Below, piece after piece: positions 37,024 through 46,933 of a stretch of 64,000 nucleotides of DNA. Every line of letters begins with the position of its first letter. Positions within the stretch are counted from its first letter, which is position 1. The notes beneath the pieces are model-generated. The model had not been told where the DNA came from and ran no database searches. It was given only the letters and a program-made list of their open reading frames with translations. This stretch comes from Pseudomonadales bacterium. Lineage in GTDB: Bacteria > Pseudomonadota > Gammaproteobacteria > Pseudomonadales > UBA7434. Location of the stretch: assembly GCA_965216795.1 (NCBI GenBank), contig OZ244196.1, positions 1,409,044-1,473,043 on the forward strand, read 5' to 3'. The translations under genes were made by a program, and so were the position numbers.

Positions 37024-39885
37024 ATGGACAAGATTGCAATCCGCGGTGCCCGCACCCACAACCTGAAAAACATCGACCTCGACCTGCCCCGCGATAGCCT
37101 GATCGTCATCACTGGCCTGTCGGGCTCGGGCAAATCATCACTTGCCTTTGACACACTCTACGCTGAGGGCCAGCGCCGCTATGTCGAGTCGCTTTCGACC
37201 TATGCGCGGCAGTTCCTGTCGCTGATGGAAAAACCCGACGTCGATCATATTGAGGGACTCTCCCCGGCCATTTCCATCGAGCAGAAATCGACATCACACA
37301 ACCCGCGCTCCACCGTTGGCACCATCACCGAAATCTATGACTACCTGCGCCTGCTGTTCGCTCGCGCCGGCACGCCACAATGCCCCGAACACGGAATTGC
37401 CCTGGAAGCCCAAACGGTCAGCCAGATGGTCGACGCCATTCTTGCCCTCCCCGAGGGCAGCAAGCTGATGCTGCTGGCGCCGATCATCAAAGACCGTAAA
37501 GGCGAGCATCTCAAGCTCTTTGATAAACTCAAACAGGAAGGTTATGTCAGGGTACGGGTCGACGGAGAGGTCTACGATATCGACGAAATACCCGCGCTGA
37601 AAAAGAACAACAAACACAGCATCGATGTCGTTATTGACCGCTTCAAGGTGCGCGCGGACCTCAAGCAGCGCATTGCCGATTCACTCGAGACTACGCTCGA
37701 GCTGGCCGAGGGCGTCGCCTGCCTGGCCTTTATCGATGGCGAGCAGGATGACCTGCTGTTCTCGGCCAACTACGCCTGCCCGACCTGTGGCTACAACCTC
37801 AGCGAACTGGAACCTCGCCTGTTTTCATTCAACAACCCGGCTGGTGCCTGTGAAGTCTGCGACGGGCTGGGTATCAAGCAGTATTTCGATATCGACCGCA
37901 TTTTGCTGTACCCCGACTCCAGCTTGTCGGAGGGCGCGATTCGCGGCTGGGACAAGCGCAGCGTCTACTACTTCCATATGCTGACCTCGCTGGCCGACCA
38001 CTACGGTTTCGATATCGACAAGCCGTTCAACAAGCTCAGCAAGAAGCACCGCGAAATCATCCTCTATGGCAGTGATGAAAACATTGTCTTCTCTTACATC
38101 AACGATCGCGGCGATGTTTACAAACGCACCCATCCCTTCGAGGGCATCATCCCGAACATGGAGCGCCGTTATCGCGATACCCAGTCGCAAATGGTGCGCG
38201 ACGAGCTGACCAAATTCATCAGCACCCAGCCGTGCACGCAGTGCGAAGGCTCCCGATTGAAAGAGAGCGCCCGCCATGTGTTCGTCGACAGCAAAAACCT
38301 GCCGTCGCTGACCTGCCTGCCCATTGGCGAGGCGCACGACTACTTCAGTGCGCTAAATCTACCCGGGCGCCGCGGCAAGATCGCCGAGAAGATCGTGAAA
38401 GAAATCTGCGAGCGGCTGGAGTTCCTGGTCGATGTGGGCCTGAACTACCTGACGCTCGATCGCAATGCCGACAGCCTGTCGGGTGGCGAGGCCCAGCGCA
38501 TCCGGCTGGCCAGCCAGATAGGCGCCGGACTGGTAGGCGTGATGTATATTCTCGATGAACCCTCCATTGGTTTGCACCAGCGCGACAACGCGCGGCTATT
38601 GAAAACGCTGAACAAGCTGCGCGACCTGGGCAACACCGTCATCGTCGTAGAGCATGACGAGGATGCGATCCGCAGCGCCGACTATATTGTCGACATCGGC
38701 CCGGGCGCTGGCGTGCACGGCGGCCAGATCGTTGCCAAGGGCTCGTTGAACCAGATCACCCGCGCCAGCAAATCGGTCACCGGCCAGTACCTGTCGGGCA
38801 AGCAATGTATTGCCGTTCCCCAGAGGCGCCACGACATCGAGCCAGACCGGCAGATCGTGTTGCACGGCGCAACCGGCAACAACCTGCGCGATGTCGATAT
38901 CGCCATTCCACTGGGCCTGCTGACCTGTGTGACCGGCGTATCGGGCTCTGGCAAGTCCACGCTGATCAACAATACGCTCTACCCGGCGGCGGCCATCGCA
39001 CTCAATGGCGCCACCACGCTAAAGCCCGCTGCCTATGCCTCGATCGAGGGGCTGGACCAGCTCGACAAGTGTATCGACATCGACCAGAGCCCGATTGGCC
39101 GCACCCCTCGCTCCAACCCGGCCACCTACACCGGCATCTTTACACCGGTCCGTGAACTGTTTGCCGGCACACAGGAGGCGCGGGCTCGCGGTTATGCGCC
39201 CGGCCGCTTCAGTTTTAACGTGAAAGGCGGGCGCTGCGAGGCCTGCCAGGGCGATGGCGTCACCAAAGTAGAAATGCACTTTTTGCCAGATATCTATGTG
39301 CCCTGCGATGTCTGTAAGGGCAAACGCTATAACCGGGAGACGCTCGAGATTACCTACAAGGGAAAGAATATTTCAGAAGTTCTCGAGATGACGGCCGAAG
39401 ATGCGCTGCAGTTTTTCTCGGCGATTCCCAGTGTGGCGAAGAAGCTGCAAACGCTCATGGATGTTGGCCTGAGCTATATTCGACTCGGCCAAGCGGCGAC
39501 AACCCTGTCGGGCGGCGAGGCACAGCGGGTCAAACTGGCCAAAGAACTGTCGAAACGCGATACTGGCCGCACCCTGTACATTCTCGATGAACCAACCACA
39601 GGCCTGCACTTTGCCGATATCGCCCAGCTACTGAGCGTGCTACATCAACTGCGCGATCGCGGTAATACCATTGTGATCATCGAACACAATCTCGACGTCA
39701 TCAAAACTGCTGACTGGATCATCGACCTGGGCCCGGAAGGTGGCAGTGGTGGCGGCCAGATTATTGCCGAGGGGACGCCCGAGGCGGTCGCCAAGATCAA
39801 GGCCTCACATACGGGCCGGTTTTTGAAACCCATGCTGGCCACACCGAAAAAAGCCAAACGTCGCGCCAGGGCTGAAACCGCCTAG
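37024..39885 (+). CDS. uvrA: Excinuclease ABC subunit A
   Basis: Start trimmed to [24 protein letters not shown]. Two ABC modules ([18 protein letters not shown]) and zinc-finger CxxC pairs. Divergent from ssb, as in many gammaproteobacteria. Confidence 0.97.
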   Translation: MDKIAIRGARTHNLKNIDLDLPRDSLIVITGLSGSGKSSLAFDTLYAEGQRRYVESLSTYARQFLSLMEKPDVDHIEGLSPAISIEQKSTSHNPRSTVGTITEIYDYLRLLFARAGTPQCPEHGIALEAQTVSQMVDAILALPEGSKLMLLAPIIKDRKGEHLKLFDKLKQEGYVRVRVDGEVYDIDEIPALKKNNKHSIDVVIDRFKVRADLKQRIADSLETTLELAEGVACLAFIDGEQDDLLFSANYACPTCGYNLSELEPRLFSFNNPAGACEVCDGLGIKQYFDIDRILLYPDSSLSEGAIRGWDKRSVYYFHMLTSLADHYGFDIDKPFNKLSKKHREIILYGSDENIVFSYINDRGDVYKRTHPFEGIIPNMERRYRDTQSQMVRDELTKFISTQPCTQCEGSRLKESARHVFVDSKNLPSLTCLPIGEAHDYFSALNLPGRRGKIAEKIVKEICERLEFLVDVGLNYLTLDRNADSLSGGEAQRIRLASQIGAGLVGVMYILDEPSIGLHQRDNARLLKTLNKLRDLGNTVIVVEHDEDAIRSADYIVDIGPGAGVHGGQIVAKGSLNQITRASKSVTGQYLSGKQCIAVPQRRHDIEPDRQIVLHGATGNNLRDVDIAIPLGLLTCVTGVSGSGKSTLINNTLYPAAAIALNGATTLKPAAYASIEGLDQLDKCIDIDQSPIGRTPRSNPATYTGIFTPVRELFAGTQEARARGYAPGRFSFNVKGGRCEACQGDGVTKVEMHFLPDIYVPCDVCKGKRYNRETLEITYKGKNISEVLEMTAEDALQFFSAIPSVAKKLQTLMDVGLSYIRLGQAATTLSGGEAQRVKLAKELSKRDTGRTLYILDEPTTGLHFADIAQLLSVLHQLRDRGNTIVIIEHNLDVIKTADWIIDLGPEGGSGGGQIIAEGTPEAVAKIKASHTGRFLKPMLATPKKAKRRARAETA

Positions 39886-39942
39886 CGATATCAAGGCTTG
39901 CGGCCGGCCGCGCTGAAACCGGCCTGCCGATGTGCCAATCAC

Positions 39943-40950
39943 TCAGTTCCCGCCCCATACGAAAGCGTCGATCGAGTAGTAGGGCTCCTGGTTATAGCCA
40001 CGCCACATGTGCTTGGTGTAGCCTTTCCAGTCATTGTACCCCTGCGGCTCCCAGTAAAAGACGCCCAGGCCTCCGCGAGCGCGTGTCTGGTTCAAGGTTT
40101 CAAGCAGCGCATCGTAGGCGTACTGGACCGGCTCTGCATTCATACCAAACTCCACCAGCATGACATCCTTATTGTATTTTTGCTTGAGATAGCTAAGGTT
40201 GTCGGCATAGCTTGCGACGCCGTGGCCCCAATCCTGGTACGGATAGAGAGACAAGCCGATAATATCAAATATCGCGCCCTGACTTGCCAGGCCATCCAGA
40301 TTGGTCTCTAGTAATGCGCGATGGTCCCCACGCGGCAGGTGTACGATCGTCTTCACATCGGGGAATATCTCTTTTGCTCCCCGCCCTGCCTCGGTAATAA
40401 TTTTGGCGTAGTTGTAGTAGCCATTGACAGATACCTGGCCAATCGGCCAGAGCAGCCCATCGCTGGTTTCGTTACCAATCTGTACCCAGGTGGGCGTAAC
40501 GCCAGCATTGGCCAGGTGCGCAAGCGTTGCCCTGACATGCCATTTGGCAAGCAACCACACGGAGGATCCCCAGGCTTCCCAGCCCGCCGGCGGTGTCTGC
40601 TTTGCAGGGTCGGCAAATGAATCGCTGAAATGGAAGGCTATCATGACCTGCATGCCGGCATCTCGCGCATAGCTCGCCTTGGTAACCACATCAGCGATGT
40701 TGCTCCAGCCGTCAGACGGATTCACAAACACGCGCAGTCGCACAGCGTTCATCGAATGGTCTTTCAGGATATCGTGCAATGGCTTTGTATAGCCGTAGTC
40801 ATCCTTCCAGCTATAACCGGCTGCCTCCTGCTCGGTTTGCCAGCTGACGTCAGCACCCTTGATAAAGCCCTGCGATACAGCTGGCATCGATAGTGGAAGA
40901 ACGACCACCGCCACCAGTACAACAAAAACCTGCTTTAATAAACTGCCCAT
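39943..40950 (-). CDS. Arabinogalactan endo-beta-1,4-galactanase (GH53), secreted
   Basis: Start trimmed to MGSLLKQVFVVLVAVVVLPLSMPAVSQG (signal peptide). KGADVSW, NAVRLRVF, acid/base WVQIGNE, nucleophile VMLVEFG. Confidence 0.8.
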   Translation of the reverse strand: MGSLLKQVFVVLVAVVVLPLSMPAVSQGFIKGADVSWQTEQEAAGYSWKDDYGYTKPLHDILKDHSMNAVRLRVFVNPSDGWSNIADVVTKASYARDAGMQVMIAFHFSDSFADPAKQTPPAGWEAWGSSVWLLAKWHVRATLAHLANAGVTPTWVQIGNETSDGLLWPIGQVSVNGYYNYAKIITEAGRGAKEIFPDVKTIVHLPRGDHRALLETNLDGLASQGAIFDIIGLSLYPYQDWGHGVASYADNLSYLKQKYNKDVMLVEFGMNAEPVQYAYDALLETLNQTRARGGLGVFYWEPQGYNDWKGYTKHMWRGYNQEPYYSIDAFVWGGN

Positions 40951-41073
40951 GTCGTTCACGCTAACCTCTCTCGAGCGTTCGCACCGCGCGAATATCGGCG
41001 CCCAGCCCTCCACAATACTTCGACTCTGTTTTTATAGCTTCTATACTATATTTTTTTCAAGCAAACCAAAGAC

Positions 41074-42504
41074 CTATCGCTTCTTCAACGCCTTGACTTG
41101 TTTCTGCAATTCTGCAATCTGCGCGGCCTGGGTATCGAGCTGGTCTTGCTGACTCATCGTGTACAGGAAAAGCTCCTCGATCTTGGTCAAAAATGCTACG
41201 AACAGATCGGGCAGGTTGACGCCTTTCAGGCTCTGCACATCAGCCTCGGATGGAACGCCTGGCAAATGCTTGTTCTTCTTCACAAACGCTTCGACTTCAG
41301 CGAGGCTTTGCAACTTATAGTCAGGCTCAAAGACCTTATCGGCCCACTCGGTGATACCGACCAGCACGATATCCTCGGTAACAATGCCTCTCTCGACCCA
41401 TAGCAGGTAGTCGGCTATCGCCTCACTGTAATCAAACGCATGCAGCTGGCCATCTCGAGGACCGATGTGCATTGATCCACCGAGGGTCAACGTCACGTCA
41501 TCGACTTTGGTATCGGTATTGATGGACATCTGGATCGGGCCGGAATTTTCGTTTATCGTCACGTCATTGGCCGATAACCGAATCGTTGTATCTGAAGCCG
41601 AGCTTGCACTGAGCTGCGAGTTCGAAAAACCGAACGACAGATACTCGTGGCTCTGCGGGGAAAAGGCGAAGGGATTGGCATAATCGGGCTGCCATACGGT
41701 CGCGATCGCGTAGGTAGCAGGCATATTCTCGTGTGACCTGAAACTTGTACCGTATACGGGCGCATCGACTGTCGGCATATCGACCGCATAGGCAAAGGCA
41801 TCACCGGCGCCGTCACTGGCGGAGGAGATCTCAAAATCGTGGTCAGTTATTTGCGTGCCGATTGCCAGGTACCCGTCGATGGCGACCGCGTCACCAAATA
41901 CATGCCGACCGTCAACATCGTTGCCATCCCTGTCCGCAATGTTGTAGCCATAGGAATTATCTGACTGGTAGCCTCCCGATGTTTGCCCCCAGAAGACGAT
42001 CTCGTCTGAAATGGATAGTTTTGCGGCGTTGCTGTGCCCACCAAACAGATTCAGGTCACCCTTCACATCAACTTCAACCTTGCCATAACCATATGTGGGA
42101 AACCAGAAATGACCCGGCGCAGGGTAAATATCAATGACCGGAAACTTTTCGCAGTTATCGCCCGTCAACTTTGTCGCGTCCAATTTTCTGGACTCGGAAG
42201 AAGAATACTCGAAATCACAATCAGAAGCCGTATTGTAAAGACCTATTGAAACATCGGCCTGCGTGGAACTTGGCTGATAATCAGAAAAGTTATGCGGACC
42301 ATACAAGTGGGAGGAATGCCGACCCGCGAAATAGGGATTAAATATATCAAACTCATAGGTAGACGCATTGGAAGATACCTGTGCGTTCGCTGCAGCTGCA
42401 GCGCAATACAGGGAAACTCCCAGCAGAGAAGCCCCCATGGGCTTCCTCCACCTGGCGCCAGTCAACGCACTTGCAATACTGTATGTACTGTATGAATATT
42501 TCAT
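41074..42504 (-). CDS. Secreted hypothetical protein with a Tyr/Gly/Asp-rich beta-rich body and a C-terminal conserved module plus coiled coil
   Basis: I chose the start at 42504 (GAGG Shine-Dalgarno 8 nt upstream); the track ORF extends to 42585. Signal peptide ...MGASLLGVSLYCAAAAANA/QV. C-terminus WADKVFEPDYKLQSLAEVEAFVKKNKHLPGVPSEADV...KIEELFLYTMSQQDQLDTQAAQIAELQKQVKALKKR. Confidence 0.7.
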   Translation of the reverse strand: MKYSYSTYSIASALTGARWRKPMGASLLGVSLYCAAAAANAQVSSNASTYEFDIFNPYFAGRHSSHLYGPHNFSDYQPSSTQADVSIGLYNTASDCDFEYSSSESRKLDATKLTGDNCEKFPVIDIYPAPGHFWFPTYGYGKVEVDVKGDLNLFGGHSNAAKLSISDEIVFWGQTSGGYQSDNSYGYNIADRDGNDVDGRHVFGDAVAIDGYLAIGTQITDHDFEISSASDGAGDAFAYAVDMPTVDAPVYGTSFRSHENMPATYAIATVWQPDYANPFAFSPQSHEYLSFGFSNSQLSASSASDTTIRLSANDVTINENSGPIQMSINTDTKVDDVTLTLGGSMHIGPRDGQLHAFDYSEAIADYLLWVERGIVTEDIVLVGITEWADKVFEPDYKLQSLAEVEAFVKKNKHLPGVPSEADVQSLKGVNLPDLFVAFLTKIEELFLYTMSQQDQLDTQAAQIAELQKQVKALKKR

Positions 42505-42694
42505 AACAAGAACCTCATTTTTACGCGTCAGCTCGCGCACCGAACAATCGGGCACTGACGGATCTTTACAGGTGTATTTTTTCATGTAAGTACCATGGAC
42601 CTTCTGCCGTAATCGTTCACAAACCCGGCAAACCTTTTCAGTAATACTTTGCTAAAGCAGCCGCATTCTTCAGTTGACAAGCCTGTGCACACAC

Positions 42695-45600
42695 TCAAAG
42701 CCCATTGCCGCTGGAGAAGACAGCTCGCGTTGCGATCTCAACCTCTGAGGAGGTCCAATCTGCAACGTTGTAGGCCGTCAGTATGCCCGCGCTTCCGGCA
42801 TTAACGCCGTAGTTGGACACATCGACAATGAGCTTCCTGCCTGTATTCAGGTCAGCCCAGAACTGCATGCGACGCTTTTCATCATCAGACATCAGTCTCA
42901 GTAGTATTTCCTGGTCGAGCGGTTCGGCGTTACCGGCAAACGCACCACCGACAGGATCGAAGAATGCCTCCATATCGTAGAAAGCCTTGATGTTGGTACG
43001 TACACGGTAGGCCTCCGTGTCTGTGAGAGAGACCCAGGGCAGACGCAGGGTCCACTCTTCATTGATCACCGGCGCAACCCTGAAACCCGACGGATCATTC
43101 ATCGGGTCAGGAAACCGTTGCGATTGCGCAAACGCCATATCAAGCGCAGCGATAACGCCAGGGTCGGTCACGCCCGCAGTCGCTATCACCTGGTTTGCCA
43201 TCACATCTGACGGATAGGGCGTTTCCGAGTAGTGACGTATCCAGTACGAGGGCATCCAGCTGCTGGCAATACCGTTTGCACCCTGCGCCTGGTTCGATAG
43301 AAATTGTGTAACCACTGCGTCCTGGGCCACCGGCACCGTGTTGCCTGTCGTTGGATCCTCCATATCCCAACGATATTGCCCCGAATAGTTTTGAGAGGCC
43401 TCAAACCGATTGATGAGGTTCACGCCATTCGCAGCGGGCGGATCAGCCCTTAACCCATCGATGTACGTGTATTTGCTGAAGACGTCGACAACCTCATAGG
43501 CACGCAGGTTGGTGTTCGCACCGACACCCAACCAGGCTCTCTCCTCTGCCGTAAGATCAGACACCTCGATCAAGCCTTCACAAACATCACAACCGGCGTT
43601 CCTAACGCTCACCCGATAGAACATCTGCGAAGTATCTCGATAGGTCACCCTGAGTTCATAGTCGCCCGGTACGTCCCAGGTATACTCGAAGTTGTTACCC
43701 CATGCAGTGTGATCGGGTGTCGTCACAGGCGTACCGCTTGTCGCGATCCTGTAGACTTCAAACTTCAGGTCCTGCACCTGTTCGTCATAATCGACGCGCT
43801 TCGCCTGCAATCGCTCTGAGATGTACCACTCGGTACCGTCGTGCACGAACGTGTGAGGGTCGCTATCCAGCACGCCCCAATTGGTCTGGTCACCTGTGCG
43901 GAAGACATACTCGCGGACGTACCGAGATGCGTGTCGACCAGACCGCGCAAAGGTCTGGATGTCTTGAGGCCGGCTATCAAAGTAGTCGTTCAGGTAAATA
44001 TACGCACCATCGCCGCGGCCCTCCGAGAGAATATTGTTTTCACCTATAAAGCGAACACTGACGTCGAGAATCTCCTTTCCGGCGACGGGGATCCATTCAT
44101 TCGCAGCATTTTGGTAATAGGCAGTCAGGTCATAGTAGCCCCAGCCCTTAAAGTCGAATTCGGCAGAAAAATCTCCGGTAAAACTTTCTGCAGATACAAT
44201 ACCGTCGGGCATTTCCACTACGGTGCGCTCGATAACACCCAGGTGGTTCTCGTAAACGAGCTCCAGCTTGTACGGGTAATGGCCTTGCTCATTGAAAGGC
44301 ACGCCATGCAGCGTGTAGGTCACGTCTTCTTCATACAACGCTATGTGGTCCGGGCCACTGATGCTGCCGTAGAAACCCAGGCTGTTTTCCAGCCTGGGCT
44401 CCGCAGATATGGCCAGGTCCAGCACCCGAGAGCCCTGGGTGATCGTGATTTGGCCTGGCACGGCAGTCCAACCACTATCTGTGCCCGTCGGACTCATCGG
44501 GCCGACACCAAGTGCCTGGTACTCGTACCCCCTGTAAAGAGGAACATTGGTGGTGCCAAAATCCGCCCAGGAACGATGGGCCTGGTATGCGGAGATCATC
44601 TCATTGAGTGATGATTCACCCTCGGCGCCCGGCACATCTTTCCAGACCTCATAACCGTCACTCAACCTGAACTTCAATACCCCGCCACTACTTGTCGGAA
44701 TCGTAACCAGTTCGTCCGGATCCAGGCCCGCGATATACCTGGGTGTGGGGTTAGAACCAGCGCCGCCGTAGACGTAGGTATCACCGTAATTGCTGGCAAA
44801 TCCGTTTAGCAGGCTCCAATTTCGCCAGTTATGCAACAGCTCCATATTCAAACCCTCTCGCTGGCTATTGCGCTGGGTATTGGTTGCTGTGACCAGCTGC
44901 GGATGGTCACAGGGGTTGTAACCGAGATTGCGCAAGTTGCCGTCACGAAATTTTGTCTTGCACCAGGCGTACAAAGGGCCCGCGTCAGCGGTAGCGCGCA
45001 TCGGCAACTTCGGCACCCACGTCACCTCAACATGATTGGCGCCAGACTGCTCCAACTCCGGATAGCGCGGCTGCCAACCATTCCCGGTCGGCCAGGGCCG
45101 GATAACCGTCCCATGGACCTGGGAATCAAACCCCAGGAAAGGCGTATACCCACCAAAATCGATACTGGGGTTGACATGATAGAAGGACTCACCGGCAAAC
45201 CGCTGTATCGTCAGGTCGTGCAATCCGGAGATAGATAAATTTTCGCCAGGAACGTCGGTGGTCGCGATACGCACTGTCAAGGGCTCGCCCACGGGAATAC
45301 GTAAGCCCGAAAGGTCTTTTTCAAGATCACTGCTCTCCTGGTAAGAGATATGCCTGATAGTGTGCCCGCCACTGAGCAGGGTAACGCTGGTGTCCGGCGT
45401 GCCGACAATGCCCGCATCGGAACTTGTTATCACGCCAACACCAGGAATGTGTGCTTCTATGAAAGTTGCATCAGTAATCGCTATTTCTACGGTTACCGGT
45501 ATGATAAGGTCGTCTCGGTCAAGCCTGTCGCAGTAAAATTCATGCCAGAATTCGTCTTGATACTGTTCGCAGTTTCGACCAAAAACAGTGCACTCGCGTC

Positions 45601-46390
45601 TCGCCAGCCCCTCGGGCGAATGCGGGTAATCGGGGTCGAGATTACTGCTGCGGAAAATATCTATGGCGATGTTACCGAGGTATTTCCCCCAGTTTAGAAG
45701 CCCAAAAGCTACACGATTGTAGAAGTGACTGCAGTATTCGCTAACCTCTTCTGAATAGTTCAGGTCGGTCGTAACACCACCATTTTCGGCCCAGCCCACA
45801 CTGTTGTCGGTGTGTAAATTCAACGCCCACCTACCCCTCCATTTTTGCTGCGGGGTGTCAAAGTTGTACCAGTTCATCAGCTGCTTGGTTTCTCTTGAAT
45901 CCACATTGACATGACCCGTCAGAAAGGAGGGAACGGCACCCAGATCGAAATCACTGGTACCGGTGGCCTGGAACCAGGTCTGTGAAAGCATGTAACCTTG
46001 CTGCTCCGGCTCACTGGCCTCATGATCCAGGTAAGCCCAGTACAAAATGCGCTGCCGATTATCCTCAAACCCCTCGGCCGCTGCGGTATATACCCTCACA
46101 TCGATACGCGACACCCCTGGATTCCAGAAATTCAGCCCTACTATCCCGGGATTCATAAAATCAGTCAGCAATTCGGATGCGTTCACACTCCTATTAAGAC
46201 GGTAGTGCTCATCTGCGTTGATCTGCCCGGGAATTGGATTGATGATACCGTTGTTTATCTGCCCTGGAACTGGATTGACGAGACCGACACTCGAAACCGC
46301 CGAAGCCCCCACTGGCGGCAACAAAAAGGCAAGGGCAACCACCAGGGATATCGTCAAATGGTACAGTGAATACTGATATGTCTTATTCAT
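42695..46390 (-). CDS. Large secreted hypothetical protein (1231 aa), no recognisable family
   Basis: A single uninterrupted 3.7-kb ORF. Signal peptide MNKTYQYSLYHLTISLVVALAFLLPPVGASA/VS. Trp/Tyr/Asp/Asn-rich. A few beta-sandwich-like strands (YTWDVPGDYELRVTYRD). Confidence 0.8.
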   Translation of the reverse strand: MNKTYQYSLYHLTISLVVALAFLLPPVGASAVSSVGLVNPVPGQINNGIINPIPGQINADEHYRLNRSVNASELLTDFMNPGIVGLNFWNPGVSRIDVRVYTAAAEGFEDNRQRILYWAYLDHEASEPEQQGYMLSQTWFQATGTSDFDLGAVPSFLTGHVNVDSRETKQLMNWYNFDTPQQKWRGRWALNLHTDNSVGWAENGGVTTDLNYSEEVSEYCSHFYNRVAFGLLNWGKYLGNIAIDIFRSSNLDPDYPHSPEGLARRECTVFGRNCEQYQDEFWHEFYCDRLDRDDLIIPVTVEIAITDATFIEAHIPGVGVITSSDAGIVGTPDTSVTLLSGGHTIRHISYQESSDLEKDLSGLRIPVGEPLTVRIATTDVPGENLSISGLHDLTIQRFAGESFYHVNPSIDFGGYTPFLGFDSQVHGTVIRPWPTGNGWQPRYPELEQSGANHVEVTWVPKLPMRATADAGPLYAWCKTKFRDGNLRNLGYNPCDHPQLVTATNTQRNSQREGLNMELLHNWRNWSLLNGFASNYGDTYVYGGAGSNPTPRYIAGLDPDELVTIPTSSGGVLKFRLSDGYEVWKDVPGAEGESSLNEMISAYQAHRSWADFGTTNVPLYRGYEYQALGVGPMSPTGTDSGWTAVPGQITITQGSRVLDLAISAEPRLENSLGFYGSISGPDHIALYEEDVTYTLHGVPFNEQGHYPYKLELVYENHLGVIERTVVEMPDGIVSAESFTGDFSAEFDFKGWGYYDLTAYYQNAANEWIPVAGKEILDVSVRFIGENNILSEGRGDGAYIYLNDYFDSRPQDIQTFARSGRHASRYVREYVFRTGDQTNWGVLDSDPHTFVHDGTEWYISERLQAKRVDYDEQVQDLKFEVYRIATSGTPVTTPDHTAWGNNFEYTWDVPGDYELRVTYRDTSQMFYRVSVRNAGCDVCEGLIEVSDLTAEERAWLGVGANTNLRAYEVVDVFSKYTYIDGLRADPPAANGVNLINRFEASQNYSGQYRWDMEDPTTGNTVPVAQDAVVTQFLSNQAQGANGIASSWMPSYWIRHYSETPYPSDVMANQVIATAGVTDPGVIAALDMAFAQSQRFPDPMNDPSGFRVAPVINEEWTLRLPWVSLTDTEAYRVRTNIKAFYDMEAFFDPVGGAFAGNAEPLDQEILLRLMSDDEKRRMQFWADLNTGRKLIVDVSNYGVNAGSAGILTAYNVADWTSSEVEIATRAVFSSGNGL
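46211..46282 (-). repeat. Tandem 36-nt (12-aa) duplication inside the 1231-aa gene
   Basis: Read directly from the DNA: LVNPVPGQINNG followed by IINPIPGQINAD, immediately after the signal peptide. Confidence 0.8.
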
Positions 46391-46933
46391 GGATCTACCA
46401 CCCAGATCTCAGTCACGCCAGCCTGCAGTAGCGCGAACAACGTTGATCAAACGACGCCGGTCACCCGGCTCGAAACACCCGACTACAACCCAAGGAGCCG
46501 CAGCCACCCAAACTTCACATAATCAATAGACAGGCCGTCTTTTCTAGAGAAGCAATCAAGCGGAACCGGATGCCGGACTCACACCAGAAGCTTCAACAAC
46601 GGCGGAAAAAAGTACACTTCAATTAGCTAGTTGCAGATTCATACACGCCCGGTTTAGTCGTACGGATATTTTTAGATTATTAGCTTCCGTTATCGGTGCG
46701 AGGCCATGAAGGTTAACCGGGTCTCACCGACATCCACTACCAATATGCCGTCTAGCAAAATCGTGGGCACCTACATCCGTGTAGAATCTATCTGGATACT
46801 GCATTTCTTTTTATGATATATAATATTTATAGAAAAGCAACCATTTTTTTGTGTTCTCGATCCTTGAAAGTAGTTAAGGGTGGTTCACGAGCTGAAAGCG
46901 CAGCCAGCGGCGTACTCCCCGCGACCGTGGCTC

